NCBI GenBank assembly: GCA_907165135.1
Contig: OU015569.1
Coordinates: 6,820,001 to 6,884,000, forward strand
Direction of reading: 5' to 3'
Length of the DNA: 64,000 nt
Source of the DNA: Oikopleura dioica
Lineage: Eukaryota; Animalia; Chordata
In this document: positions 23,015 through 35,905 of the stretch, one piece after another
Position numbering within the stretch: position 1 is the first letter of the stretch
How the letters are laid out: each line of letters starts with the position of its first letter
Position numbers and translations under genes: made by a program
Notes under the pieces: generated by a model
What the model was told of the DNA's origin: nothing
What the model saw: the letters and a program-made list of their open reading frames with translations, nothing else
The model's database searches: none

Positions 23015-26000
23015 ATGAGGTAAAAGTTCAGAATCTGGCTGAGGCGTGCTTGATCGAAATTATTGAGCAAAAGATTATACTTGCTAAAAATTTGAACGAA
23101 CATCATCTAAAATATTTTCCATTTTAGAAAAATTATCAGAAAGTAAATGAACGACGATCGTACCAGATGAAGGGTCACCGGATGACTATCCAGAGCATAT
23201 TTTCATTTCGTTCCATTTCCGTACCCCAGTCGCTTTTTGTTGCGCCTCAGTTTACTAGTCTCAGTTTCTCAGCCTCATTTACGCGTTAGACATTTTGTAT
23301 TTTTTTCCCGGCCTCGATTACTAATCACTTTATTTTCAGCCGATCTAGATCAAATGATGGGTCTGGGTCAGTTTCGGTGGAACGCTCCGAGAAGAAAAGC
23401 AGGAGATCCAAGAAAGTACGCATGAAATTTGCTTGTGTGTCTAGTGACAAACAAAAATTTAAGGTATCGAAGAGATCAAAGCGATCCTTAGACAGAAAAT
23501 CAACCTCAAGATCTCGGTCGCGCTCACGGCGCCGCTCCCCGTCTCCAAAAAAACGGAATTCTAGGTGCATAACTAATGTCGATCGTCCAATTCAATTATT
23601 TAGGTCGAAAAGCAGAGATCGTGGTAAATACTCTGATGATCAAAACACATCTGATGATTCCCGAGCTGGTTCGCCAGCGAAAAAGCGAAGAAGGGGAAGA
23701 AGAGGGCGCAAGTCAAAAAAGAGCCGAAAAAACGATAAGTACAAAAACGATGCGAATTCAGAAGATGAAGCTCCGCCAAAGGATGATGAGGCGGAACAGT
23801 ATGGGCTCGGAGAAGGGCCTATGTGGACTGCACCTCGAGGTAGAGGAATGGGCCGCGGCGGAGGAAGGTGGCCAGGAGCAGAATTTCCCCGAGGAAGAGG
23901 CAGAGGTCGTGGGCTAAGAGGGAGAGGCTACTATCGCCCAAACTACATCGCTATCGGAAGAAACATTTTCCCTGGCGGAACTTCGGACGAGGACTCATCG
24001 TCTTCTAGCAGCTCACGCTCCAGATCTGGTAGACGAAGAAGATCTCGGCGACACAAATCCAGAAAGTCGAGACGAGGTAGAAGACGACGAAGGAAGTCGT
24101 ACTCTTCAAGCTCCTCCAGGTCAACGACGCCTGAAGACATGAAAAATACGCCGGAGCACATGAAAGGCCGCAGTCCCACTCCTGAACCTCCCAAAGAAAT
24201 TGGTTTGCTGGACAAGCTTAGACTCAAAGAGGACCAGGAAGATGTATCGCATGATCGCGTTCAGGAAATAATGCAGCAACTAGCGAGTGGCGCTACGGTA
24301 AGACTTAACCATCATTTCGTCTTTTTGAAAACAATTTTAAAAGGAGATACGGCGCGGGCAATTCGTTCAAAGCTTTTCAAATCAAGACATGTTTGAAAAT
24401 AACGAAACTCCTATTCTTCGAAAAGAAATGAAAGAGACATCGGCTCAGCCGAGCTTTCCTCAGATCCGAAGTGGACCTCCCCAGCCTCGTCTTTTCGAAG
24501 ACTTACCCGCGCACTTGCTTGACCCTAATGTTGACCGTGGAATGGGCCTCAGGTTTGATTATTCTGACTGAAGATAGTTTTGATCATCGGTCAATTTTAA
24601 GAAAGCAAATGCAAGAAGCAGAGAACCAAGAAAGGCAAAAAACTCTTGAAGAGAGCATTCAAAAACAAGCAGAAATGGACAAGCGAATTAAAAGTAGAGT
24701 GGTTGCGCAGAACCCCGAAGAAGTTATTGCTGCCCAGGTACAATTTTCACGTTAGCTATGCATCAACTTCCATTTAGATGAAAGCGGAGAAATTAGCAAG
24801 CTCTTTCTTGGCTAGAAAAAGATCCGCTGCGAACATTAGAGCCGCAGTTCCGGAGAAGAAAGACGATGAGCCTCCAAAACTAGCATCACTTCCTCCTCTC
24901 AAAACGGAAACGATTGACGATGATGCTGAATTTCTAAAAAATCTGAACAAGCAATTTAACAGTGAAAGAGGCATGAAGATCATGCCTATTACCTCGAAAA
25001 TGTCATTTGCTCAGATCTCAGTAAGCTTTAGTTTCAAATTCAGTTCTTAATAATTTTAGTCAAATGCGTCAACGAAGGGAAAGCTAAAAATTGGTGGCTC
25101 TAAGGGTCTTGTTTCGAAATTTCAAGCTCCGAAGATTCTCGGAGTCAAGCCAAGAGTTCCAACATCTTCTACGGAAACACAAGATATTCCTCAATCATCA
25201 GAGCAGATCTCGCCCCCGATTCAGCCTGAAAACGCATCGCAAGAAACGCTCTTTTCCAGCGACATTTTATCTACTGCCCCATTACTGGATAAGAATATTG
25301 GCCCGAAAAGACCAGTAATGAAGCCAAAGCCAACTGCAAGGAGAGCAACATCAGGAATCGTTCTGCCGAGGTACTTTTCCACAAAATATCTTTTCGCGAT
25401 ATATAATCTAGTACAATATTATCGCAAGTAAAGAGTCAGCCTGTTGAGAATACTCCACGGTTTGAGAGTCATGTGCCTAAAGCGACATCTCCCGCCCCTA
25501 CTTCATTGTTCCCAATTAAAACTGAACCAACCGTATATTCATCTCCGAAGCTAAACGCTGGATCGTCTGGTTTCAAGATAGCGCCTCCGACTTCAAATAT
25601 GCCAACCAGCATTCCTTCCATGTCTTCTATTGCTTCTATAAAGACAGAAACGATAGATCAAGTAAACAATACCTTGGAAGCTCCTAAAACCCCTATTGAT
25701 CGACCACCACCGCCTGTGATTCGCCGGGATGTTAGTGCACCAGCCGTTCTACCAAGGTTTTTCGAGTTATGTTAATTCTCTTCTAAAATTTATTCGAAGT
25801 TCAAGCAAACCGGCATTCGAATTCAATCAGAACAAGGCTCCACTTGAAATAGACTTTTCGAAGCCCCCACCTGGGTTTTCTCTGCCTCCTCCATCGTTCA
25901 GACCTGGACCGCCATTTAGCACATCGGTTCCACCTCCGACACTTCCTCCCTCGGCGCCGCCTGCGGTACCACCGGTAGGCAAATGACCGTGTAATCAATT

Positions 26001-26750
26001 TTGTAAATATATATTCAGCTGATGCCAAGTGGTTCTGCAAGCCAGCCCCAGATCTACTCCTCTAGTGGGCCGCCACCAGGCTTTCCTCCAATGCTCAGTA
26101 TGAGCAGAAGTGAGCCAGAAATAGTGCAAGAGAAAAAAGAGACTTACAACGATGTCTATATTATGTATCCAAGCGTGTGGTTGGGATTCGTTGGACTGAA
26201 ATCAAAAGCAGCAATGATTCAACTGCATCATATTGGCGGAAATCAACACATTTCATCTCGTCTTCTGATGAAAAACCTAGTGCATCCTTCATCTGACGGA
26301 AGTAAACATCCAATTATGAAAATAAAAACCAGAGTGAAACTTGGTAAGCCCATCCCTTTTTGGGAATTCGCTGATATATTTTTGTAGATGGAAAAGCGGT
26401 CGAAACGATCAAGAGAAAATGGAATGATATTCCATACAAATGCTGTACGATGCTTGCGCTTCCGTACGGTGTCGATCCTGACGATACTGAAAAACAGAAA
26501 CAGTGTTTAGAGAAAAACTTCTCCAAGTACTTTGCCGATAAAAGTAAGATAGCAGTTAGAGTCTACGGTCTAAACTACTCTTTCAGACTGCTGTGGCAAC
26601 CTGTCGATCACCCACGAAGATCAGGAATGGCAAATTTTTATATTCCCCCCTTGTCAATTCATGGATACGTCATTGGAAGAAAAAGCTTCCGATTTGAAGG
26701 CTGCAGTAGAAAATTTACCGAAATTAATGATTACTATTACACCTAAATAG
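23015..26750 (+). CDS. RS/Pro-rich nuclear protein with C-terminal SPEN-type SPOC domain (start codon tentative)
   Basis: YPSVWLGFVGLKSKAAMIQLHHIGGN; MLALPYGVD; WQIFIFPPCQF...LPKLMITI* match the SPEN/RBM15 SPOC domain; RS-rich ORF 23377-24396. Confidence 0.8.
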
Positions 26751-27044
26751 TATATTTGCATATTTGTTCATTTTAATTATTCTATAAACGTCTTTATTTC
26801 ATTATACACATGTGGGTTAACAGTAAGCTAGTCACCGAAAGCAAAATTATCGAATAATTTTCCGTTGGTTTTGAGAATGTCACCCTGTCTGCCTGACTGT
26901 ACAAATGTCATATTCACTACTGTACTTTCTTCGAACGCCTTTTGAATGTTTCCTTCTGAATGGTACAAATCTCATTCTTGAATCTGATTTTCACTCGATA
27001 AACGTAATTAATTTCAGACTGAGGTTAGACCCGCATGAATTGGA

Positions 27045-29454
27045 ATGAGACTTAACTTTTTCCTCTGGTTGCTGATAGATACATTGAAATCGCAAGAAGA
27101 CGGTGACATTGGCCTAGCTCCCGTAGAAACAGATAATGATCCCCTTGGACAGGTGATCGAGGAGGAGCCTCTTCCAGTTGGCAACTTCGACGATGCTCCG
27201 GTGGAAGAGGTGATCGCCTCCGATATCATCCCCGATCCTCTACAGGAGATCCCTGTCGGCGAACAAGCTGCGGAGGAAGATGTGTATACTTCAGCGCGAA
27301 TCGCCTTTATTATCTTGGTGCTAGGAATATGTATTCTCTTGGTTCATTATATCATTCTCAAAAAGCTTCATCATGTGCCCGAATCGGTGTCTGTCGTTTT
27401 TCTTGGAGCAGTCATCGGCCTTATTGGGAAAATTCTAAAAAAGTGAGTGGATGCCTCATGATGAGCAGAACACTTCTAACACTAATTTCAGTATGAACCT
27501 ATCTACGTATATCCACGAAGAAATGCTTTCGCCACAAGCATTCTTCGTCATTTTACTTCCGCCCATTATTTTCGAAGCTGGATACAGCTTGCACAAGGGT
27601 AACTTCTTCACTAATCTTGGAAGTATCTGTGTTTTTGCCATCGCTGGAACGATTATTTCGACTGTTCTTGTCGGATTAGGTAGCTTTCAACTATTTTCAT
27701 TGCGGTTAGTATCGCTTCTTCAGGTTTATTTTTACTCGGCGCCGGAAATGTTATCATGGAGCTGAGGCTAACCGACGCTTTGGCTTTTGGTGCTCTCATT
27801 TCTGCAGTTGACCCTGTTGCCACACTCGCTATTTTTTCTGCCATGGATGTCGAGCCTACTTTGAACATGCTTGTCTTCGGCGAAAGTATTCTCAATGACG
27901 CCGTTTCTATTGTATTGTGCAATATAATGATGAAGGCCAGTTTTGATAATTCACAACTGATAAAGAAAGAAATAATTGATTCGAAAATATCAAGTTAAAA
28001 CCAAAAAAGGCTGGTCGATCATCAGAAAATGCCGGTTTTGGAATTCTATTTTCCGTCCTTGGCGAGTTCACCTGGATGATGATTATGTCGACTATCTTGG
28101 GCACTCTCAGTGCGATGGTATGTGCCTTAGTTCTCAAACACGTCGATCTTCGCCGAAATGCCTCCCTTGAGTTCGGTCTCATGCTGCTTGCTTCATACTT
28201 TCCTTACTGCGCTGCAGAAGCACTAGAATTGAGGTTTTCATTCTTCAAACAATTTCCTTTCTAACGCTATTTTCAGCGGTATCACATCAATTCTTTTCGC
28301 TGGAATAGTGATGTCTCATTATGCCCATCCCAATTTGTCCCTCGTGACACAAATAAATGTCCAAAACGCCTTTCGTGCAATGTCTTTTCTCGCAGAAACC
28401 TCCGTCTTCGCGTATCTTGGTATGGCGATATTTTCATTCCAGCATAAACTGGAGCCCGCTTTTCTAATTTGGACGATTATCCTGGTAAACGATCATTTTT
28501 GAGTTTATCGGAGTTTAAAATCTTTAGATTTTACTCGGTCGAGCACTGAATATCTATCCGCTTTCCTGGTTTTTAAATCACTTTCGAGAAACAAGAATAT
28601 CGAGAAAGATGCAGTTCGTCATGTGGTTCTCGGGCCTCAGGTGAGTGACATCAAACCCGTCCAGATTAGTAACCTATTTTTCTATCCCACAGAGGTGCTA
28701 TCGCGTACGCGGTCTCTCTCCATTTGGACGTCGAGGATCAAGACCAGAGACGTGCTCTCATCACTACAGCGTTGTGTGTCGTCTTGTTTACTATTCTAGT
28801 GCTCGGTGGATCGACCTATCCTCTTGTCAAATGGATGAATGTGTCTAGGTATAAGCTTAGAATATTTATAATGTGTTCGATTGAAATCAAACCATTTAAT
28901 ATTTTTGAAAGGATCTCAATTTTTCGTCGAGACAAAAACAGTGGAACAAGGTTTGAGTGCAACGCAATTCCCTCCATTTAGCGAATAGAATGTCTGATCC
29001 CTGTTTTTGCATGAAGCCCTTGATATATGATTAGAAGATGAATTATCCTTTAAAAAGCCACGAAGCAGTAATCATTTCTTTAGGAGCAATTTCACTCTTT
29101 CGAAGACCGAGGAATATGGGTCAGCAATCGACTCGGAGTGTCCGACGAACGAGTACAACTCTGACGAAGAGGAGGGGGAAGGTCACATTATGAGGCCGGA
29201 CGAAACAAAAAGAACCAGCTTCAAGCCTCTCACCGGATTCGCCTGGGTTAGCAACTTTTTCAAGCGGTTGAGTTATAAATACAAAAATTTAGATTGATGC
29301 CCGTTATTTGTATCCGTTTTTCACTCGGCGAGTGACGCGGGAAGAGTTCAAAGCTAACCGCCACCAAATGCGTCAGCTAACTGCCAAGTGGTACAAAGAG
29401 GTCAGCCTTCATGCAGGGGGAAACTCTGATGTTGAGGAGGACACAACCTTCTGA
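27045..29454 (+). CDS. SLC9A8: Na+/H+ exchanger 8
   Basis: [19 protein letters not shown]; [13 protein letters not shown]; [16 protein letters not shown]; NHE8-type C-terminus [13 protein letters not shown]. Confidence 0.96.
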
Positions 29455-29993
29455 TCATTCAAAATTCACGACGGGTGTCATCTCTGGTGTCTGTTCACTC
29501 TCTTCCTCTTCAAGCTCTCATAAAGCCTTTAAGATATTTATTCGACAACAGCAGCAAATTGACTTGATGGAGGAGCAACGGGACTTCGATTTTACCTCCA
29601 TTTTTCCCAAAGTTCGTTGTAGAGTGGACATGAGTGTTCTAGAACGCCTCCTCAATGGCTGATCATTTCCAACTCAACCAAGTTCAACTTCGATAACCTA
29701 GTGTACTCTCATACCTTTCAACTTAATATTATCTGCCCATGCATATATAAACACCAGGGTAGACCGAAGATGAACAGGGATTACTACTTCGCTTATGCAA
29801 TTCTTTTTCGTCTTCTGAAATTCAACTTCCTAGCATAATCAATCTTGTCTTTCGCCAAAAATGTAACTATCAGGGAACTTGCTCTTCCCACCTATTTTAT
29901 TTCCAATGCCTTCTGTTTTTACTATTCATCTAAAGATAATCAACTTTATAATCCTAACAATCACATTTTAAATGCTTTGCTCACTAGAATAGA

Positions 29994-31210
29994 ATGGCAG
30001 CGTCGTCGTTACTTGCTAATATCGACACTCAGCACGAGGATCAGATTCACGATTGTCAATTCGATTTCTATGGCACTCGACTAGCCACTGCCTCAAGGTA
30101 AGCATAAAAAAATAGAATCCAATAAGTTTCTATATTTTCAGTGACAAGTCGATACGAATTTTCGAAGTCAACGGCGAAAAAACTCAGCTTCAAACGTAAG
30201 AAAAAATTAATTTACTCGTGTTTAATCACTTATCGTAGAAAAATTCAAGCTCACGAATCTGCCGTCTGGCAGCTCAGTTGGGCCGATCCTAAATACGGAT
30301 CCCTTCTGGCATCCGCGAGCTTTGATAAACGAGTTCTTCTCCACCAAGAAGATGCTAATGGTCAGTGGAAGCAAGTCTTCTGCTTCGAAGATAACAAGAC
30401 GTCAGGTTGGGAAAATATTCTTTTTGAATATTATCATTATATAACTATATTAAAATTATTTGAAGTAAATTGCGTTCAATTCGCGCCGCCTGAATTCGGA
30501 CTCATCCTTGCCTGTGGATCTAGTGATGGACAAGTCACTGTTCTTGAAAGCAAAAGCCAAAGTGGAACTGACTGGGAAGTGACGGCAAAGTTTTCTGCGC
30601 TCAAATCTGGAGTTTCTTCACTTTCCTGGGCTCCTCCAGCTGAAAGCGGAAGCTTATTTGATGAACCCTATTCGGACGAAAAGAAGAAGAAAAATGTAAA
30701 ACGTCTCGTCTGCTCCGGCAATAACAGCACTATTCACGTTTACGAAGAAGGTACATCAATTCTTGGCTTTATTTGGCACTAACTCTTTCGTAGAGGAATT
30801 TGGTCAATGGAAGCTCTGTAAAGAACTTGACGGGCACAAAGATTGGGTCAGATGTGTGGCATGGGCGCCGTCAACTGGACGAAAACGGTATGCTCGTTAA
30901 TTTAAATTGCCAGAGCGTAACTATCAACATGTTAGAAATGTTATTGCCTCCTGCGATCACCACGGCGAAGTCAGAATATGGACAAAAGAAACTGGCGCCG
31001 ACTGGGAGCACGTTACTCTTCAAAAATATAATTATCCGATCTGGGATGTCTCATGGAGGTGAATGGATGTTTTAAAATTATATATATTTACTTTCTTGAA
31101 GCGTCACTGGCAATTTACTCTCGGTGTCAGGCGGGGATAACAACGTTACAGTTTGGCGACAAATGGCCGACGGCGAATGGGCTTGCATACTTGACCAAGG
31201 TCCATACTGA
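29994..31210 (+). CDS. SEC13: SEC13 (COPII / nuclear pore WD40 protein)
   Basis: IDTQHEDQIHDCQFDFYGTRLATASSDKS; GLILACGSSDG; GHKDWVRCVAWAPS; SVTGNLLSVSGGDNNVTVW. Confidence 0.95.
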
Positions 31211-31464
31211 GAGTTTTGTGCGATAAACTAGCCAGTCTTTTTTAGGAGAGCAGACTAACTGAATCCACTGCCGCTTTACTGATACACTGAGTAATACATT
31301 AGGAAATACGAATGCAGAAGTTTTTATCGACTTGACAAGCTCATTATTAACATAAAACATTTACATTTACGTTGCTGGTTTCAGCGCCGGGTTTCGTTTG
31401 CTTTAGCGAACATTGCAATAAAATTCTTCTTTGATTGCTAGCCTGACCAAGCGATTACTTTAGA

Positions 31465-31491
31465 ATGGGTGATATATCAGATGTAGCCTAA
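31465..31491 (+). promoter_or_regulatory. Upstream ORF (MGDISDVA*) immediately before the 7TM-like gene
   Basis: TTTAG|AATG context; stop is 4 nt before the out-of-frame ATG at 31496. Confidence 0.45.
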
Positions 31492-31495
31492 TCTA

Positions 31496-32902
31496 ATGAG
31501 TAGCAACGCTACCAATGTGTCTATCTTGGAGCCATGGAATCCGGAAGTCGTCCGTGCTCACGAGATTTCCATTCTCGTGATAGTTGGTGTCTTTGGCACA
31601 CTGTCGACAGTCCTTTTAGGTATTTCCCTAAAGAATGGCTGGGAAGAACTTAACGGGGTAAGAAAGCGCTCTTTTAAAGTTTATCCTCGAACTTATTTTT
31701 CAGAAAGGCTTCGACCTTGCAAAATGGAAAAGTTATTTCATCAACCTGATATTTATCGGATCGTATTTATCACCAATTTTCTCTCGTTTCTTTCGCTCCT
31801 CGTTGGACTACAAGTACTTCCAAGCCGTCGCTAATGAAAATATTACGAATCCAGAAATTCGCGTTCCTACGGTATTTATCCGAATCACTTTTCAGGTGAT
31901 AAGCTTCCTTCAAGGACATTACCATGAGTATATATGCAATAAGCATATTTGGAATGTGCATGAGCCTCCCCATTATAATGGTCATCTACAAGTTTTCGAA
32001 AAATAAAGAGGTGAGCTCCCTTCAAATTAATAACTAAACATTTCGATTGAGGCTTACTTGCCTAGCGTCACAAAGGTTCGAATTATTCTTGCCATGACAA
32101 TTCTCCATCTCACCGTCGATATACCCAGCCTCATTTGTGAATATTTTTATGTTGATAAGGTAGTCATTCGAGAAATGATTCAAGCCCAAAATCTTTCATT
32201 TCAGTTTATAACAGCGAAGCCGGAGGTCTTTGTGCCCATGAAATCAATTCTTGCCGTCATCGAGAACGTTTTTGCCGGAATCAGTATCATCATGGTTGAA
32301 GTAAAATCTCAAAGGAAGGTCAAATTTCGTGAAAGTCTACGTTCTCAATCAAATATGCGTAATTTGACCTGAAATATAGTCTGCAGCAACTCGGTCTCGC
32401 AGAACGAGTTATGATCATGCGATTTGCTTTCGGTGGCTTGGTTTTATATCTCAGTAAACGTCATTTTACCTGACTAGATAAATAGATCTTTCTCAGTTTC
32501 TAATACGACGCGATGTACTCTGACACTGCTTCAAGCTTACAAATGGCAAGTGATTCCTCGTGGGTGCGTGATCGAAGACATTGATGATGGGAAGTTTATT
32601 GCTAATCCATTCCAGAGCTCTTGCCTTAATTACGCTGAATTAGCGTTGATAACATTCGCTTGTCTAGGCCCGGGTTCATGTTCTTGCTCTTTTCGGCAAC
32701 TATCCTAGCATTCATTTGAGAAACCCAACTAAAAGCCACCATTATTGCGTTTGTCGTGCTTATATCCAACATGATTATGTACCAGCGTCTCAATAGCTAC
32801 CAAGAAATGGCGCCGCCGACCGACCATCCAGAAGAGCTACCTGGAAATCGACCTCGCGAATGTTCTGTATTTTCGAACGAAGCTTCAAATCTAGACGATT
32901 GA
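31496..32902 (+). CDS. Orphan multipass (7TM-like) membrane protein
   Basis: N-terminal sequons NAT and NVS, then successive hydrophobic helices over several exons (ISILVIVGVFGTLSTVLLGISL; ITMSIYAISIFGMCMSLPIIMVIY; IILAMTILHLTV). Confidence 0.65.
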
Positions 32903-33065
32903 AAAAATTTCTAGAACTTCTCTGCCCCTAACTTTCAGCGTACCATTCCGAACTTCTTTCTCTTGCTTTCTTCCTCCGCCCTTCTGTTCCTTCAACCTTC
33001 TACTTCATTGTGCAAATATGTGAATACATACTTATTCTGATGCTTTATCGTTCATTTCTTTTAGC

Positions 33066-33896
33066 ATGGTAAATTGGGATGACATTGATGACTTGTCATC
33101 TGTCTACATAAACAACGTTGTTTATCCAGATTCGAATTTGAATCCAGAAGAGTCTGCTTCAGATGATGAAAGCTTGTCTGAGGAGTTTGAGATGCCCAAG
33201 TCCGTCTATGTGACTTCCGTAAGACCGATACTTTAACTTCAAGGCGAATTATGAATTAAATTTGTTCAGGTTCCGCGAAAAGTTTTCAGTACTGAAGAGA
33301 CCAAAGCAGAGTTCGAATCTTTGTTCACAAATGCAACTGGCTTTTCCTACTTTCCGAATTTTAGAAGGGCAAGAGTTGCTTTTCGAGACTCAAGAGAGGC
33401 ATGCAAGGCTCGAGTCATTTTCCATTTGTATCGTTACATGGGTGAGCAGTTCCGTGTTTATCTCACCAACCACACTGCCAAACACGACTCCCGAGAGATG
33501 GATCACCTTAAGGTAAAAATCGAATCGAGTTGAAATTCCGTTCATCATCTCGATTTAGCCGCCAAAACCGACAAAGGTGTTTCTGATTTCGCCGCCACCA
33601 TCGCCACCAGAGGGCTGGGTACAGGCAGTTGAGGATCGCCCAAGTTCGAACCAGCCTGGACTGGCCTTGGAACTGATTCAACGGCTCGCGTCGCTCAAAG
33701 GCGGCGAGTCCCACGAAATCGTCGAATCATCTGACATGCATCCGTCCATCGTACTGTCTGCTTGTGCTGTAAGCGCTGTCACAGAAGCAACTATCGGAAG
33801 GGGCAACATTTTGTTTAGGACGAGCAGTATGAAAAATTCGATAAGAAGCCAAAGTTCTCTATCCCGCAAACTCGCCGTCCGGAGATGCCACGCTGA
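33066..33896 (+). CDS. RCAN: Calcipressin / regulator of calcineurin
   Basis: FSYFPNFRRARVAF; PPKPTKVFLISPPPSPPEGW; HPSIVLSAC; IPQTRRP. Confidence 0.95.
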
Positions 33897-34299
33897 GCCA
33901 AAATGTAGAGTAAAGAATGCGCGTAATTCATTTCTACGACACTCTTCAATACTGTTTGTTTTCTATTTTACTATGTGCGTCTAATTCGCGATTGTCCATG
34001 TATATTTTTGTTCTTCAATGTCGAGAAACTTTCTTCAAGAATGATTTATTTTGTTGAGATAATCCAAAGGAGCTCGTTTTTTTCTTGAGTTGTAACATTG
34101 CAAAACATCGTTTGTTATTTTTTTCTTTTTCAACGAAAATTTGCAGCAATTGTTTCTAAGATTTCCATATTTGGAGTTTTAGATTGATTTTTCTCCGAAA
34201 TTTCATCATCTTGTTTTTAAGATTATAAAATCTGATAATGAAAAACAGATTCAACTAACGAAAACGCTGCAGTCGAGAAAAGAACGGCAACGAGCTAAC

Positions 34300-35773
34300 A
34301 TGTCCAAATTACTTCACGAAGGCGAACTCCTAAAAGTCGCCCTATTTAATTTGGTATGAAAGACCACTTTTAGCGTAGTCAAATATGAGTTTAGGATTTC
34401 ACAAATGCGCGCGTGTTAGAAACATGCATGCTTTTTTCGGAAAGACAGAAAAAGCATGACATGCAGTTCTATGCGATCTTGGGATTCTTGATGGAAAAAC
34501 ACCATCTCAAGTATGCCAAGAAAATCAAACAGAGCTTGTCGGCAGATGTCAAATTCTTCGGCAATCTGAAAGAGCGTCGTGATTTCCGCAAGGCTGTCCT
34601 AGCTTATCTAAAAAATACAAAAGATGATAAGCTGCAGTTTAAAGCGAATTTGTATGACAGGTTTGGTCAATTCAAGTTGTCAGCGCTTTATAAAACCATA
34701 GACCTTATGGGGAAGATGTTTTCAAGCTGTTCCATACGTTCATCAACTCCATATTGACTCCAGAGCCGTTTCCGATGGTCATACTAAAAGTAGACCAGGC
34801 GATGATCGCATCGATCGAGAACGATCATCTAAAGGTGAGACTTTGCCGAGTTGATAGAATTAACGAGTTAATTTAAGACGCTTGTCATTGATGTGAGCAA
34901 ATTCGCCCATCCGATCTGTGAGTGCGATGTCAGTAACAAGTTGAAAACGCTACGACAAGAGCTTATTGCACTTGATGATCGAGCGAATTCACTTGAATTC
35001 CAACCGCTGACGCTAGCTGAGAAAAAAAGAATAACAGAGTGCTATTCTATTCTCAGTAGCTCATTGATTGAACAGGATGTTGAAGAAATGACCATGAGAA
35101 TTTTAGGTTTGGTTTTGACATAAAAAGAACGATAGATTTTACACGACCAAAGTTAGTTAAAAATATTTTTATAAACGGTTTCTTGTCAAGAACCGCTCAA
35201 AGAACGGAACGCCAATATTGAGATCGTGGGCATTGTAGAACAGCTAGTCGGTTTACGGTAAGCTTCCTCTTTTTGTCCGACAAGTTACCCATTTTACAGT
35301 CCTTTCTTTGAACGTCCTTGCAATGTTGAGGAGAGGATCGGATCCCTAAATGATCTGTTCAATCAAATGGAGGATGATTTTTCGGCGAGCGAAGAGATTA
35401 CCTCTAAGAACGCAGCAAATGATTCCTCGGGTATCCATGAATTCGCTGATATCATGAAAACGATCAACGGTAATTTATTTCTACTTTTGGACGGAATCAC
35501 TAAGTGTATTTAGGCGGCATAAGTGACTCACTCACGATAGAGAACGAAAATAAAGTCGAAAAGATCAAGACTCGAGCATCTCCTCGTCCCAAAAATCGAA
35601 GGACATGTCACGAAGTTCAGAACCTTCTTCACAAAACATTCCGCCGTGAAGTCGGTTCTCGCACCGTCACATCGTTTTCAACGACCTCTTTGGCCGACGA
35701 AAGCTCTGTGTCGAATTTCACCATTGCTCCAACAAAGGAGCCATCCGTTGGATATTTCAACCCTTTTGAATAA
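34300..35773 (+). CDS. Divergent HAUS6-like (augmin subunit 6) protein
   Basis: MLFSERQKKHDMQFYAILGFLM, KERRDFRKAVLAYLK and SILTPEPFPMVIL resemble the order and pattern of HAUS6 N-terminal motifs; coiled-coil middle; Ser-rich tail. Confidence 0.5.
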
Positions 35774-35905
35774 ACGTCACAGTTTTCTCACTGCCCACTC
35801 GCGCAAAAACATTTCAATAAACTTTCACATTTCCAATGTAAAAAATCTTTTCTTTTTTGTTTAACTCGTTCGCAGTGCTTCTAATTAATTGCAATATTTT
35901 AAGAA

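Noticed and set aside
29994-31210. SEH1L as the identity of the WD40 gene
   Set aside because: GTRLAT, LILACGSSDG, DWVRCVAWAPS and LSVSGGDN are SEC13-type motifs
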